A DNA stretch of 64,000 nucleotides from Anaeramoeba ignava BMAN (Eukaryota > Protista > Anaeramoebae), in NCBI GenBank assembly GCA_028826165.1, contig JAPDFW010000059.1:1736001-1800000 (forward strand). Direction: 5' to 3'. Position 1 is the stretch's first letter, and every line of letters begins with the position of its first letter. The notes under the pieces were generated by a model that did not search any database, was not told where the DNA came from, and was given only the letters and a program-made list of their open reading frames with translations. Shown piece by piece: positions 39,673 to 53,561 of this stretch. Made by a program: the position numbers and the translations under genes.

Positions 39673-41127
39673 ATGCAAACTTATTTAAATTTAGAAAAAC
39701 TTTCAAATGATTTAAAAAATTTATTTCAAAATCAAAATCAAAATGAGAATCAGAATGAAAGTTATTTTGATTTTGAAATAATTTGTGAACAAAATCAAAT
39801 TTCATTTAAAACTCATAAATCAATTCTTTCATCAAGAAGTCAATATTTTAAATCTCTTTTTAAATCTAAAATGAAAGAATATCAAGAAAATAAATTAATT
39901 CTAAAAGATGTTTCAAGTTCAATTTTATTCCCAATTTTAAATTATTTTTATTCAGGAAAAATTGAAATTAATTTAGAAAATGCAATCCAAATTTTAATTT
40001 TTTCATCAAAATATTTAATTGATGAATTAATTGAAATTTCTTCAAGTTTTATCAAAAAGAATTTCCAAATTGAAACTATTGTTGATATTCTAAAATTATC
40101 TGAATCAATGAACCTAAATCAATTATTAGATCCTTCTTATCAATTTATTTTTGAAAATTTTGAAGAATTTATTAAAACTTCATTTTTTTTTGAACTTGAA
40201 GAAAATCATTTAAATTCAATTTTATTAAATGATGAACTTTCAATAAATGAATTTGAACTTTTCCAATCAATAATCAAATGGGGAAAACATAAATTAAATA
40301 TTAATCAAGAAAAAGAATTAGAAAAAGAAGAAAAAGAACAAATTCAAATTCAAATTTCAAATATTATTGATAAAATCAGATTTATTGATTTTACAAATAA
40401 AGAACTTAAAACTATTTTGAAAGAAGATTTAATTCCAAATCAAATTTCAGAAAAATTAATTCAATTCCAAAAACTTGATGAAAATGATAAAAATGAAAAA
40501 GAATTAAAACAATTTATTGAAAAAGAAAATTCATTAATTTTCAAATCAAGATTAGGTTTACATTCTTCATCAATAATAGAAGAAAAAAAACATTTCAATA
40601 AATTAAAAGAATGGATAAATGATGATGAATTCTTTTACAAAATGAAAAAAGGATATTCAGCTAAAAAAGATGGATTTGATTCTAAGAAATGGCATTCATC
40701 AGTTGATAACAAAGGAAAAACATTAGTTATTATCAAAACCAAAGATAATTATATTTTTGGAGGATTTACTCAAATTGGATTTATTTCCGATCAAGAATTT
40801 TGGGAATCAAAAGATTCAGGAGGAGGATGGATTAAAGATATAAATGCATTTATTTTTTCATTAAGAAATGATAAGAATGATAGAAAACCTTCAAAATTTG
40901 AAATTAAACAAGGAGGAAGAAGTGCACTTTTTTATCGTTTAAATTGTGGACCTAAATTTGCAGGAGATATTGATTTAAATTCTAATCTTCAAGCTGGTTA
41001 TACAGAATTTGGATATATGTATCAACTTCCAAAAGGAATGCAACCTTATAAAGATGAAGCTAGAAATTATTTAGCTGGTTCTTATAATAAATGGATTATT
41101 GAAGAAGTTGAGACTTATTTCATTTAA
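39673..41127 (+). CDS. BTB-BACK-TLDc protein, copy 2 (intact)
   Basis: BTB (DFEII...HKSILSSRSQYFKSLF), BACK-like INEFELFQSIIKW, TLDc (DGFDSKKWH...TLVIIKT...IFGGFT...GPKF...EVETY). Confidence 0.92.
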   Translation: MQTYLNLEKLSNDLKNLFQNQNQNENQNESYFDFEIICEQNQISFKTHKSILSSRSQYFKSLFKSKMKEYQENKLILKDVSSSILFPILNYFYSGKIEINLENAIQILIFSSKYLIDELIEISSSFIKKNFQIETIVDILKLSESMNLNQLLDPSYQFIFENFEEFIKTSFFFELEENHLNSILLNDELSINEFELFQSIIKWGKHKLNINQEKELEKEEKEQIQIQISNIIDKIRFIDFTNKELKTILKEDLIPNQISEKLIQFQKLDENDKNEKELKQFIEKENSLIFKSRLGLHSSSIIEEKKHFNKLKEWINDDEFFYKMKKGYSAKKDGFDSKKWHSSVDNKGKTLVIIKTKDNYIFGGFTQIGFISDQEFWESKDSGGGWIKDINAFIFSLRNDKNDRKPSKFEIKQGGRSALFYRLNCGPKFAGDIDLNSNLQAGYTEFGYMYQLPKGMQPYKDEARNYLAGSYNKWIIEEVETYFI

Positions 41128-41172
41128 AAATTTTTTTCTTTTTTTCATTTTTCATTTTTTTCTTTTCAAAAA

Positions 41173-42987
41173 ATGAATGAAATTATATTTTTTGGTCAAA
41201 ATCAATCACCAATTCTTATCAAAAATAAACCAAATTCAATAACAAAACCAATTCAATTTAAATTTGAAAATGAAAATGAAAATAAAAATAAAAAACAAAT
41301 TAAACAAATTTCAACAAGTTTATCTGGAACAATTTTCCTTTTTAAAAATGGAAAAGCAATAGAATATTTAAATGAAGAAGATTCAAATCAAAATCCTCAA
41401 AAAATCCAAATTGAAGAAAATATTCAAAAAGTAACTGTTGGTTATCGAAATCAAGCTATTTTAACAATAGAAGGAAATGTATTTGCCAAAGGAAATAATA
41501 TTAATCCAAAAAATCCAAATGAATTTATCAATATTTCATCATTAATTAAAGATAAAAATGATAGAATAATTGAAGATGTTGTTTGTGGTGCTCAATCAAT
41601 TTACTTATTAACTTCAAATCAAACTGTTTATGGAATTGGCGATAATTATAATAATCAACTTGGTTTTGATTCTAAAACACTTAAAAAAACAGAAAAACCA
41701 ATTTTAATGATGAAAAATGTTTCTAAAATATTTTCAGGAAATTTGTCTTATCATGTTTTTCTTTTAAATTTAAATCAAGAATTATTTGGATGTGGTTGGA
41801 ATAATCACAGGCAACTTGGATTAGGAGAATCAAGAAAAGAAGCAAAAATCCAAAAATTAACCAAAATCCAAAATATTCCAAAAGGTAAAATAATTGATAT
41901 TCAATGTGGAAACTCTCATTCAATAATGTTGATTGAAAATGAAAATGAAAATGAAAATCCAAAAAGAAAACTTTATTCATGTGGAAATTGCCAATGGAAT
42001 GGACTTGGCAAACAAGATCAAGATTGCTATCAATTTACTGAAATCAAATCACCTTTATTTGAAAATGATAATATTCTTGAAATTTCTGTTGGATATGAAC
42101 ATACTTTGATTTTAACATCCAAAGGGAAACTAATAGTATTTGGAAATAATTCTTCTGGTCAATTAGGAACTGGAGATGGAAATGATTATTTAATTCCAAT
42201 TCAAATTGAACTTCCTAAATTAAGATTTAATGAAAATATTTCTAATTATCATATTTGTTGTGGAGATGAAAATTCATTTCTTTATTATTCTCCTTTTCTT
42301 TCTCCTTTTTCCAATCTTGAAGAAGATTTGATAAAATTATTTAGAAGAAAAGAATTTTGTGATATTTCATTTAAAACCGAAAATGGAGAAATAATTGAAG
42401 CTCATAAATTAATATTGAAATATAGATTAAATCAAAATCAAAATCAAATTGAAAAACTTCAAGAAATTATTTCAAAAAAATCAATTAAAGAATCAAATCA
42501 AATATTTGAAATGATTTATTCAAATAATTCCAAAATAAATCCAAAATTATATTCTGAAATTAAAGAAATTATAAATTCAAATGAAAAAATTGAAGAAACA
42601 ATGAAAAGAATTTATTTAAATGAAAATGAAAATGAAAATGAAAAAGATTTTATTATTGAAAGAAATGAAAAACAATATAAATTCCCTAAATTGATATTAA
42701 TAATGAGAAGTGAATTATATCGAGGAATGTTTTTATCTGTAACTGAAGATAAATCAAATAAAGTTACAGATTATAGTGAATTAAGTGAAGAATCATTCCA
42801 AATATTTGAATATTGGATTTATTCAAATCAAATTAAAGATGAAATTGAAATTACACAAGAAATTATTAATGAAATTAAAATTGGAATTGATTATTTTCAA
42901 TTAAATCAAACAAATCCAAATTTATTTGATTTATTAATTAAGAAATTTAATAATCAAAATCAAAAACAAAAATGTTTAATTTTTTGA
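41173..42987 (+). CDS. RCC1-repeat + BTB protein, copy 1
   Basis: Repeated GxNxxxQLG and HS/HT motifs; C-terminal BTB-like FCDISF...AHKLIL and RSELYRGMF. Confidence 0.9.
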   Translation: MNEIIFFGQNQSPILIKNKPNSITKPIQFKFENENENKNKKQIKQISTSLSGTIFLFKNGKAIEYLNEEDSNQNPQKIQIEENIQKVTVGYRNQAILTIEGNVFAKGNNINPKNPNEFINISSLIKDKNDRIIEDVVCGAQSIYLLTSNQTVYGIGDNYNNQLGFDSKTLKKTEKPILMMKNVSKIFSGNLSYHVFLLNLNQELFGCGWNNHRQLGLGESRKEAKIQKLTKIQNIPKGKIIDIQCGNSHSIMLIENENENENPKRKLYSCGNCQWNGLGKQDQDCYQFTEIKSPLFENDNILEISVGYEHTLILTSKGKLIVFGNNSSGQLGTGDGNDYLIPIQIELPKLRFNENISNYHICCGDENSFLYYSPFLSPFSNLEEDLIKLFRRKEFCDISFKTENGEIIEAHKLILKYRLNQNQNQIEKLQEIISKKSIKESNQIFEMIYSNNSKINPKLYSEIKEIINSNEKIEETMKRIYLNENENENEKDFIIERNEKQYKFPKLILIMRSELYRGMFLSVTEDKSNKVTDYSELSEESFQIFEYWIYSNQIKDEIEITQEIINEIKIGIDYFQLNQTNPNLFDLLIKKFNNQNQKQKCLIF

Positions 42988-43078
42988 AAAGAAATCAAAA
43001 TTTAAATTAAAATTAAAATTAAAATTAAAATTAAAAATTAAAATCATTTTTTCATTTTTCATTTTTTTCTTTTTAAAA

Positions 43079-44873
43079 ATGAATGAAATTATATTTTTTG
43101 GTCAAAATCAATCACCAATTCTTATCAAAAATAAACCAAATTCAATAAGAAAACCAATTCAATTTAAATTTGAAAATGAAAATGAAAATAAAAATAAAAA
43201 ACAAATTAAACAAATTTCAACAAGTTTATCTGGAACAATTTTCCTTTTTAAAAATGGAAAAGCAATAGAATATTTAAATGAAGAAGATTCAAATCAAAAT
43301 CCTCAAAAAATCCAAATTGAAGAAAATATTCAAAAAGTAACTGTTGGTTATCGAAATCAAGCTATTTTAACAATAGAAGGAAATGTATTTGCCAAAGGAA
43401 ATAATATTAATTCAAAAAATCCAAATGAATTTATCAATATTTCATCATTAATTGAAGATAAAAATGATAGAATAATTCAAGATGTTATTTGTGGTGTTGC
43501 TTCAATTTACTTATTAACTTCAAATCAAAATGTTTATGGAATTGGTTTAAATCCATCGGGTCAACTTGGCTTCGATTCTGAAACACTTGAAAAAACAGAA
43601 AAACCAATTTTAATGATGAAAAATGTTTCTAAAATATTTTCAGGAAATGCTTCTGAATGCGTCTTTCTTTTAAATTCAAATCAAGAATTATTTGGATGCG
43701 GATATAATCGATTTGGTCAAGTTGGATTAGGAGAATCAACAAAAGAAGAAACAGAAATCCAAAAATTAACCAAAATCCAAAATATTCCAAAAGGCAAAAT
43801 AATTGATATTCAAAGTGGAGGATATCATTCAATAATGTTGATTGAAAATGAAAATGAAAATGAAAATCCAAAAAGAAAACTTTATTCATGTGGTTATTCG
43901 AATTACAATGGACTTGGAAAAGAAGATGAAGATACTTATGAATTTACTGAAATCAAATCATCTTTATTTGAAAATGATGATTATATTATTGATTTTTCTA
44001 TGGGATTTCATCATACTTTGATTTTAACTTCAAAAGGGAAACTAATAGTATTTGGATATAATTCTTATGGTCAATTAGGAACTGGAGATACAGAACCACA
44101 ATCAATTCCAATTCAAAGTTGAACTTCCTAAATTAAGATTTAATGAAGATATTTCCAATTATCATATTTATTGTGGTGCATTCAAATCATTTCTTTATTA
44201 TTCTCCTCCTTCTTTTTCTAATCTTGAAGAAGATTTGATAAAACTATTTAGAAGAAAAGAATTTTGTAATATTTCATTTAAAACCAAAAATGGAGAAATA
44301 ATTAAAGCTCATAAATTAATATTGAAATATAGATTAAATCAAAATGAAAATCAAATTGAAAAACTTAAAGAAATTATTTCAAAAAAATCAATTAAAGAAT
44401 CAAATCAAATATTTGAAATGATTTATTCAAATAGAATAATAAATCCAATATTATATTCTGAAATTAAAGAAATTATAAATTCAAATGAAAAAATTGAAGA
44501 AACAATTAAAAGAATTTATTTAAATGAAAATGAAAATGAAAATGAAAAAGATTTTATAATTGAAAGAAAAGAAAAACAATATAAATTTCCAAAATTAATA
44601 TTAATAATGAGAAGTGAATTATATCGAGGAATGTTTTTATCTGTAACTGAAGATAAATCTAATAAAGTTACAGATTATAGTGAATTAAGTAATAAATCAT
44701 TTCAAATATTTGAATATTGGATTTATTCAAATCAAATTAAAGATGAAATTAAAATTACACAAGAAATTATTAATGAAATTAAAATTGGAATTGATTATTT
44801 TCAATTAAATCAAACAAATCCAAATTTATTAGATTTATTAATTAACAAATTTAATAATCAAAATCAAAATTAA
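43079..44873 (+). CDS. RCC1-repeat + BTB protein, copy 2 (one frameshift near 44118)
   Basis: Paralog of copy 1, split into two ORFs. Confidence 0.85.
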
Positions 44874-45129
44874 AACAAAATTAAAATTAAATTTAAAATT
44901 AAAATTAAAAATCAAAATAAAAATTAAAATTAAAATTAAAATTAAAATTAAAATCAAAATTAAAATTAAAATTAAAATTAAAATCAAAATTAAAATCAAA
45001 ATTAAAATTAAAATTAAAATTAAAATTAAAATTAAAATCAAAATCAAAATTAAAAATCAAAATTCAAAATTAAAATTAAAATTAAAATTAAAATCATTTT
45101 TTCATTTTTCATTTTTTTCTTTTCAAAAA

Positions 45130-46949
45130 ATGAATGAAATTATATTTTTTGGTCAAAATCAATCACCAATTCTTATCAAAAATAAACCAAATAAAATAAC
45201 AAAACCAATTCAATTTAAATTTGAAAATGAAAATGAAAATGAAAAACAAATTAAACAAATTTCATCAGGAAGATTCTCAACAATTTTCCTTTTTAAAAAT
45301 GGAAAAGCAATAGAATATTCAAGATATACAAATCAAAATCCTTCAAAAATCCAAATTGAAGAAAATATTCAAAAAGTAACTGTTGGTTATCGAAACGAAG
45401 CTATTTTAACAATAGAAGGAAATGTATTTGCAAAAGGAAGAGATATTAATTCAAAAAATCCAAAAGAATTTATCAATATTTCATCATTAATTAAAGATAA
45501 AAATGATAGAATAATTGAAGATATTGTTTGTGGTGCTCAATCAATTTACTTATTAACTTCAAATCAAAATGCTTATGGAATTGGTTCAAATCATAATGGT
45601 CAACTTGGTTTTGATTCTAAAACAATTCCAAAAACACAAAAACCAATTTTAATGATGAAAAATGTTTCTAAAATATTTTCAGGAAATACTTCACAACGTG
45701 TTTTTCTTTTAAATTCAAATCAAGAATTATTTGTATGTGGTTGGAATAATCATGGTCAAGTTGGATTAGGAGAATCAAGAAAAGAAAAAAAAATCCAAAA
45801 ATTAACCAAAATCAAAAATATTCCAAAAGGTAAAATAATTGATATTCAATGTGGATATATTTATTCAATAATATTGATTGAAATTGAAAATGAAAATGAA
45901 AATCCAAAAAGAAAACTTTATTCATGTGGAAGATATCTTTTTAATGGACTTGGCAAATATACTTATGAATTTACTGAAATCAAATCATCTTTATTTGAAA
46001 ATGATAATATTCTTGAAATTTCTGTTGGATGTTATCATACTTTGATTTTAACTTCCAATTCGAAATTAATAGGATTTGGTGATAATTTTTTTTGTCAATT
46101 AGGAACTGGAGATACAGAACCACAACCAATTCCAATTCAAATTGAACTTCCTGAATTAAGATTTAATGAAAATATTTCCAATTATCATATTTCTTGTGGA
46201 GAATATAATTCATTTCTTTATTATTCTCCTTTTCTTTCTTTCTCCTTTTTCCAATCTTGAAGAAGATTTGATAAAACTATTTAGAAGAAAAGAATTTTGT
46301 GATATTTCATTTAAAACAGAAAATGGAGAAATAATTGAAGCTCATAAATTAATATTGAAATATAGATTAAATCAAAATCAAAATGAAAATTGAAAAACTT
46401 CAAGAAATTATCTCAAAAAAATCAATTAAAGAATCAAATCAAATATTTGAAATTATTTATTCAAATAATTCCAAAATAAATCCAATATTATATTCTGAAA
46501 TTAAAGAAATTATAAATTCAAATGAAAAAATTGAAGAAACAATGAAAAGAATTTATTTAAATGAAAATGAAAATGAAAAAGATTTTATAATTGAAAGAAA
46601 AGAAAAACAATATAAATTTCCAAAATTAATATTAATAATGAGAAGTGAATTATATCGAGGAATGTTTTTATCTGTAACAGAAGATAAATCAAATAAAGTT
46701 ACAGATTATAGTGAATTAAGTAATAAATCATTTCAAATATTTGAATATTGGATTTATTCAAATCAAATTAAAAATGAAATTAAAATTACACAAGAAATTA
46801 TTAATGAAATTAAAATTGGAATTGATTATTTTCAATTAAATCAAACAAATCCAAATTTATTTGATTTATTAATTAACAAATTTAATAATCAAAATCAAGG
46901 AAAAAAGAAAAGAAAACCTTTTTTAGAAAAAGAAATATTCAGAAAATAA
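45130..46949 (+). CDS. RCC1-repeat + BTB protein, copy 3 (frameshifts near 46235 and 46388)
   Basis: Paralog of copy 1, split into three ORFs. Confidence 0.85.
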
Positions 46950-47022
46950 AATTAAAATTAAAAAATTAAAATTAATTTTTTCATTTTTTCATTTTTCATT
47001 TTTCATTTTTCATTTATTTTTG

Positions 47023-50000
47023 ATGTCAGTTTCAAAACATTCCAGTTTACGTTATTCAACAAGACCAATTGCTAATAAAACAAAAGATCTTCAATTACAT
47101 ACACAAAAAAAAGTAAAAAAAAAAACCAAATTTTCAAAAAAAAAGAAATTTTTTGAATTAATAATTTGAAAAATAAAAATAAATGTAATAAAGATTTTTT
47201 CTCTTTGGGTTAGAAAATATTTATCAAAACATACAGCATTTAGAAGTATTAGAAGAAATTGTGAAGATGGTATTGCTCTTATAGAATTAGTACAAAATTT
47301 AAGTGGAAAAAAGTTAGTTAATTTTAAAATTGAAAAAAAAATTTTTAAATCTAAAAATAAAAAAAAAATTAAATTAAAAATAAATTAAAATTATAATTAG
47401 TATTCCAACTTATCATCAAAAAACAAAAACAAAAATGCAAAAAATCGATAATTTAAATTATTTCATCCAATTTGCTTTGGATTTAACAATTCCACTTGAA
47501 ATTTCTCCACAAGATATAATTGACCAAAATCTTCAAAAAATATCACAAATGATTTGGACAATTGCAATATTTTTTCGTTTAAAAAAAATTCCAGCAAATA
47601 TTTTTGATCCTCGAGAAATTTTATTACTTTGGTGTCAAATATCGGGAGAAAAATATTCAATTCAAATTAATAATTTTAGTTCCAGGTATTTTTTTATTTA
47701 TTTTGCTTTCAAATTTTATTTATTTTGCTTTCAAATTTTATTTATTTTGCTTTCAAATTTTTGGAAATTTTTTTGCTTTCAAATTTTTTTTTAGTTTTAT
47801 GGATGGAATAGCTTTTTGTGCAATTATAGATTTCCATAAACCTGGATTCATTTTTCCTTCAGTTTTTACAAAAGTATCATTTCCAAAAAAAAAATTATAA
47901 AATAAATTTTAAATTAAATTTTAATTAAATTTTAAAAATAGCAATTGAGAAATAAAAAAAGACTTAAAATTGCTTTTGATAAAGCAACTGAATTAGGTGT
48001 TCCTCAAATTCTTGATCCTTCTGATTTTACAGAAACACGCATATCTGAGAGAGGAGTAATGCTTTATATTGCTGAAATGTATTATCTTTTAGCAACACAA
48101 AAAGATGTAAAAATGATAAAAAAAAAATTTTTTTGATTCGGGAAAAAAATTCTCAATTTTTTTAAAATTAAAAAAACTTTTTTTTTAATATTGAAAAAGA
48201 TTGATGAAATGACAAGAAGAATCACAAAACCTGAAGAAAACAGTATAGAAAACCAACCAGTAGAGCCACTTAGTCCAATTGAACCGCCAAAAATTGTGAA
48301 ACCAACAGAAATGAATTTTAATCAAGGTAAAATGAAACCGAAACCGCCAGTTAGAGATGGATTTCAACAGAGATCACGACGGTCAGGAAAATTCTCACGA
48401 AAGTTCCAGCAAATTTATCAGCAAATACAAAAGCAATATGAGGATAAAATTATCCAAATTTTCAATGTTTTAAAAACAACAACGAATGAAATGGAAAATG
48501 TTAAGGAGAAAATCGAAGAGATTAAATCAGGAAAGATTTTGGGAAATGAAATGAGTTTGTCAACACTTGATCCTGAAGAAACCAAGAAAAAGATGGTTGA
48601 ATATGAAGCAGAAAACCGAAATTTCAAAAAAAATATTCAGGAAAGCGAGAATAAAATTACGAGCCAACAAGAACAGTTCCGAACTGAGCACGCAAAAGTG
48701 ATTGAAGAAACAAATCAAATCTCCCACCAAATTGAGGAAGAACAAAATAGTCGCGAATCACGACTTGAAGATATTGAAAAACAAAGCAAGGAAAACCTTA
48801 AAAAAACGAAGGAAGAAAATAAAAGATTGCGAGAAAAAAACGAAATCCTTCATTTGCAACTGGAAAACAAAAGACAGGAAGAGCAACTGCGCAAGCAAAC
48901 AGATCCTGAGATTTCTCAACTGCAAAAACAGATTGAAGCCAATGAGCAAAACAACGCTCAAATCAAAATGAAGCTGCAGAAGCTCGAAACAGTTACAAAT
49001 GAAATGGAAGAAGAAATCAAAGAAACAAAAATTAACATCCAGAAAAATCAGCAAGTTATTAGAAAGGCGCAGCAGGAGATCGAACAGCTGAACCAAAACA
49101 TCCGCAAAGAAAAAGAAACAAACACGACGAATTTGCGGAAGAAACAGGAGCAGATCCAAGATTTAAGGAAACGTGTTGAGCAAATGAAGAGCAAATCGGA
49201 AAACGCAAAATTAACGCTAAGAAAAATGTTGAAAACAAAGCAACCGAAATTAGGCATGGAGCTTGATAAAATAGAAGCGCAAATTGAGGAGGGGAAGAAA
49301 AAAGAAAAACAACTTGCAGAAGTGTTTCGACAAGAAGAGTATTTCTCGAATGTTTTGGAGGAAAGAAACAAAAGACTGCATAATTTAACTCAAAAAAAAA
49401 ACGAGTTCCAGACGCATTTGCAGTTGGGGAACAAACTGCAAGCGGAGCAAATTCAGCTCATCCAAAAAGAGACAAACGAATTGCAACAGATGATCAAGGA
49501 TTCAGCACATTCCTACGCGGTTAAAATGCGGCAACTTCGCGAGGAATTGCAGAATATTTCAAAACAAAATATTGAGAAAGATGAGCGAATTTTGTCAATT
49601 CAAGAAACACTGCAAGATATGCAAAGCAAATACGATGCGCAAGAAAAACTTTTTGGATCGCTTGTCGAAAAAAAGAACCAAGAATTACTTGATCTTCAGG
49701 AAAAATTCGTTGGCGTTCAAAAAACAAATCGCCAACTTACTAGCCAATTGGAGGAAATTGTGATGGAATATAATCTCGAATTGGAAGGATTGAAAGAGCG
49801 TGTTGATGATATCAAAACCGTTCAAGAAGAAAAACACAAAAAGAAAAAAAGCAAAACGGAACAAAAATTTATTGATTTTGTGGATCTTGTTTTGATCAAG
49901 CTTGATTTCGAAAAACAAAATTCGCAACAAAAACAAATGAATAACGATTATCAAAGACTTCATGAGATCCTTATGTCCAAGTCTGAAATCATTGGGTCGC

Positions 50001-50497
50001 AGAGGAAGATTCTTACGAATTTGCAAGAAAAACGCGACGCAAAGAATTCTGAATTGAAAGAATTGGAGAATAAATATGCAAGTTTGAAAGCGCAGTTCAA
50101 CAACATGGTTTCTGAAGACTCGTTGTTTTCGGAAAAGAACAAAGAAAAACTTGAAAAAAAGATCAAAATTGCAAACAATGAGAAGAGTATTGTTCGTTTT
50201 GAACGCGATTTGCTTGATTTGCAATCCCGTCAAACGCGATATCAAGAAAAACTTATTCAAGTAGAATCTTCTCTTTCTTCTTTTAAATTATTATCTACTA
50301 TTTTATCTTCTATTTCTGATACTCATGGAAAAATTAATAAGATTCTTCAACAAAATCAAAGGCTTAATGATGAACAGAAATCAATGGGTGTTACTTTTTC
50401 AAATGTGAATGAAATTTCAGATTCTATTCAATTTAATGAGAAGAAAATTCTTCGTTTTATATTTACTATTCAACAAATTGATTCAATGTTATTTTGA
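47023..50497 (+). CDS. Tandem calponin-homology actin-binding protein with long coiled coil (cortexillin/interaptin-like); multi-exon
   Basis: Exons give TQKK|IFSLWV...EDGIALIELVQNLSGK (CH1) and LLLWCQ...NFSS|SFMDGIAFCAII...AFDKATELGVPQILDP...VMLYIAEMY (CH2), then a 768-aa heptad-rich ORF. Confidence 0.82.
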
Positions 50498-50681
50498 TGT
50501 GTTTTGAAGGAAAAAAATGATGAAAATAAAAAACAAAAACAAAAACAAAAACAATAATTTAATTTTATTTTATTTAATTTTATTATTTATTATTTATTAT
50601 TTGCAAAAGTGAGAGAACAAACAAATTCATTTTAATTTCATTTTAATTTCATTTTAATTTCATTTTAAATTGATTTTGAAT

Positions 50682-53406
50682 TTAATTATCACTGCTAACA
50701 TAAGTATTCCATAACCCTCCACAATCACAAAACTTAATATCTTCACTATTCAAATCAGATAACCTTCCACAATGAACACATTGCTTCAACGGACTAGAAG
50801 AAAAATAGGAAGAAGAAAAAGAAAGAAAAGAAGAAAGAGAAGAAACAATAGAATCTTCTTCAGAATCAGATTCATGACGATCTTGTTGAATTTGATTCTG
50901 TTTGCGCTTTAAATAACCAAAATTATTAAGAACAGAATGATTAAAACCAAGGAGAGAAGAAAGAGAAGCAAGCATAGTGGAAGTAATATTGGAAAGAACA
51001 GAACTCAAAGGAAGATCGGAACTAATAAGCATTTGAGCAGTATCGCCAACAGTTTGTGTTTCTTTTGAGGAAATAAAATGGAAAAAATCGGCATATAATG
51101 ACTTGAATCGAGAGGAAAATTTATCCTCAAATCCTTTGATGGATTGGTGGCTTTGCAACAGAATTGTGTAAAAATCTTGGTTGAATAAAATGTCGAAAAG
51201 TTGGTTCAAATAAGGGAAAAAATCCCAACGAAAACCCAAATTATCACAAAGAAAATCACTAACGGAAATTAGGGAAAATTTTTTTGAAGAATCACTCTGA
51301 AAATGGGAAACGTCAAGAGGTTGTTTGAGATCGTTGAGGCCAAATGGATCGTACGGGACAAGAATGGCGCGCATGATGAAAAGGATGATATCGGAGGTTG
51401 CGCGCATGATGGGGCCGAATAGCCTTGTGTTTTTCTTGCTCACGAGTATTTCCAATGAAAATTGGATTGCGAAAAAGATGATAAATGAAATGTATATTCG
51501 AGGGTTGTCAAAAACACTGAAGAAAGGCTGCAGAAAGAGAAGATAAAGTTGTGACGGGATGCCTTTCTTGCGGATGATTTCTTGCTCCAAATTGAGAATT
51601 ATACTATCCACTTGCACCTTGTCTTCCAATTGCAAGCGAGCAACAATATCGAACACACTGTATCTGTTGATTAGCGCCTTAACGATGTCGATTTTGAGCT
51701 GCTTCATCAACATTTCCGTTTCATTCTCTTTTGTCTGCGTTTGCTGATGCTCTTGAATGGAAAAAACAGGGCGATTGGGAACAAGAAAAACGCGCAGTTT
51801 GTGATTTTCTAGAAGGACTGCAATTGCGTGAGAATTCGGCGAAAAACACGCGCTAATTGGCGCAGCAGGCGTCTCGCCCTTCTCAAGCTCATCTGCGGGC
51901 GTTGTTTCAAAGCTCGCGATTTGAGTGAATTTGATTGCGTCAAGCAGAAATAATTTGCCGGATTTTGCTGTCAACGCAATCATTCTTCCTTTCTTCGAAA
52001 AATGCAGTGTTGAAATTTCCTCTTTGAAATGCATCTGGAACTTCTTTTCGCATGCAAAGCCTTGTTTGAAAAGGCGCTGATTCGCGCGCATCTCCTGGCC
52101 CTGTCCCGAGGTCGTCCCAGAAGGGATCTGCGGTTGTGTCTGTTGCGCTTGAGTGTGCGGATTTTTTTTAGTTGGATCTTCGTTCGGGTTGCTGTTCTGT
52201 TCCTGCTTATCCTGCAGCCGCATCTCGCGCATATTTTGTTTGTACCGATTCAGATGCATCACAAACACGAGAAGGATGCTGCGGTATCCCTGTGGGTCGC
52301 TGTCATCATTACTGTGCTGCAAATCATCGTCTTTGTCCATCGATTGCGAATTTGCAAGCGTTAGAACAACAACAATTTTGATCGTCTTCTCGTAATTTTC
52401 TGGGCTGATTCGCACAAGTTTGATGGCGAATTCCGATGGGAAATACTTCCTTCCTGTCTGCTTGAAAATTTCAAATTCGGGACTAAGAATATCCACAGTG
52501 TCGATCAATTGGGATTTTAAATTGATTTTTGCCTGGTCAAGTTCAGTTGGATTTTTCGGTTGTTCAAAACTGACATGAGTAAATGTTCAGATTTGTAGGA
52601 GAAACTTCCTCAACGGTCGCGATAATTACAACTTGAGTTCCAAGTGCAACAATCACATCCGAAATCATGACCGCGTTTGTGATGTATGAGAAATCGTTGT
52701 GGATATCCGCAAAAAAGGGACAGTAAGTGGCGACGCCTTTCATTTCAAAATAGATTGTGATGCGACCCATCTTGCTCAGGGTCAGAAAGGCGGGATAAAA
52801 AAAATGCGTTTGCGGTCCAGTTTTCGTGTTTTCCTTCGTGTTTTCTCGCGCGTTCGCATTCTCCCCTTTCGGGAGATAAAACCAAGCAACGGAAACAATG
52901 TTATGGACCTTGAACTTGTGGGTTATCTTGAAACGGTCGATCAAACTCGACGGCGTTTGCCATAAACACAAGCCAAAAGAGGCGTCACATGTCAAAAATC
53001 TCGGAACGGAATTTTCTTGGAAAACAACAAACTCAATTGGGCCTTTATGAGGCGTTACAAACGGTTGATGTTTCCACGGATGATTGGCTTCAAAGATGTA
53101 AACGGGATACTCTAAAAAAGGTGTCGTTTTTGCTGATAATCCGGACTTCGTTGAAAATCCTATTATGTTTGTTTCAGACCAAAATAACGTTCTTTGTTGT
53201 TTTTGTGCTTGTTTTACTTCCCATATTATGTTGTTTTCCTCAATTTTCCGAAATGCATTTTTCACCATTTTTAATTTTTGTCCAATTGTTTGTTCCCGTT
53301 TTTTTCGTGAGTATTTTTCTTCTTGTCGTTTTTCTTGATCTAATGATTGCGGTTTCATTGAATAAAGTTGAATTGGTTTTGAATTAGGGAAATTTTCTTT
53401 TTGCAT
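50682..53406 (-). CDS. MED16: Mediator subunit 16-like (one indel in a T run near 52567)
   Basis: N-terminal WSETNIIGF...HPW...H..PI...RFLTCDA...LW, an FSPN motif and C-terminal QCVHCGRLS...CDCGGLW, recalled as Med16/Sin4 hallmarks. One base joins the two ORFs. Confidence 0.75.
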
Positions 53407-53561
53407 TTTTATTTTTATTAATAAAAAAATGAAAAAAATAAAAAATAAAAAATATTTTTTTTGAATTCTTTTTTTCATTTTTTCTCTTTTTGAATTTTTT
53501 AATCTTTCTCTTTTTTTTTTTCTTTAATCTTTTTCTATCTTTTTTTTTTTTAATCATTTTT

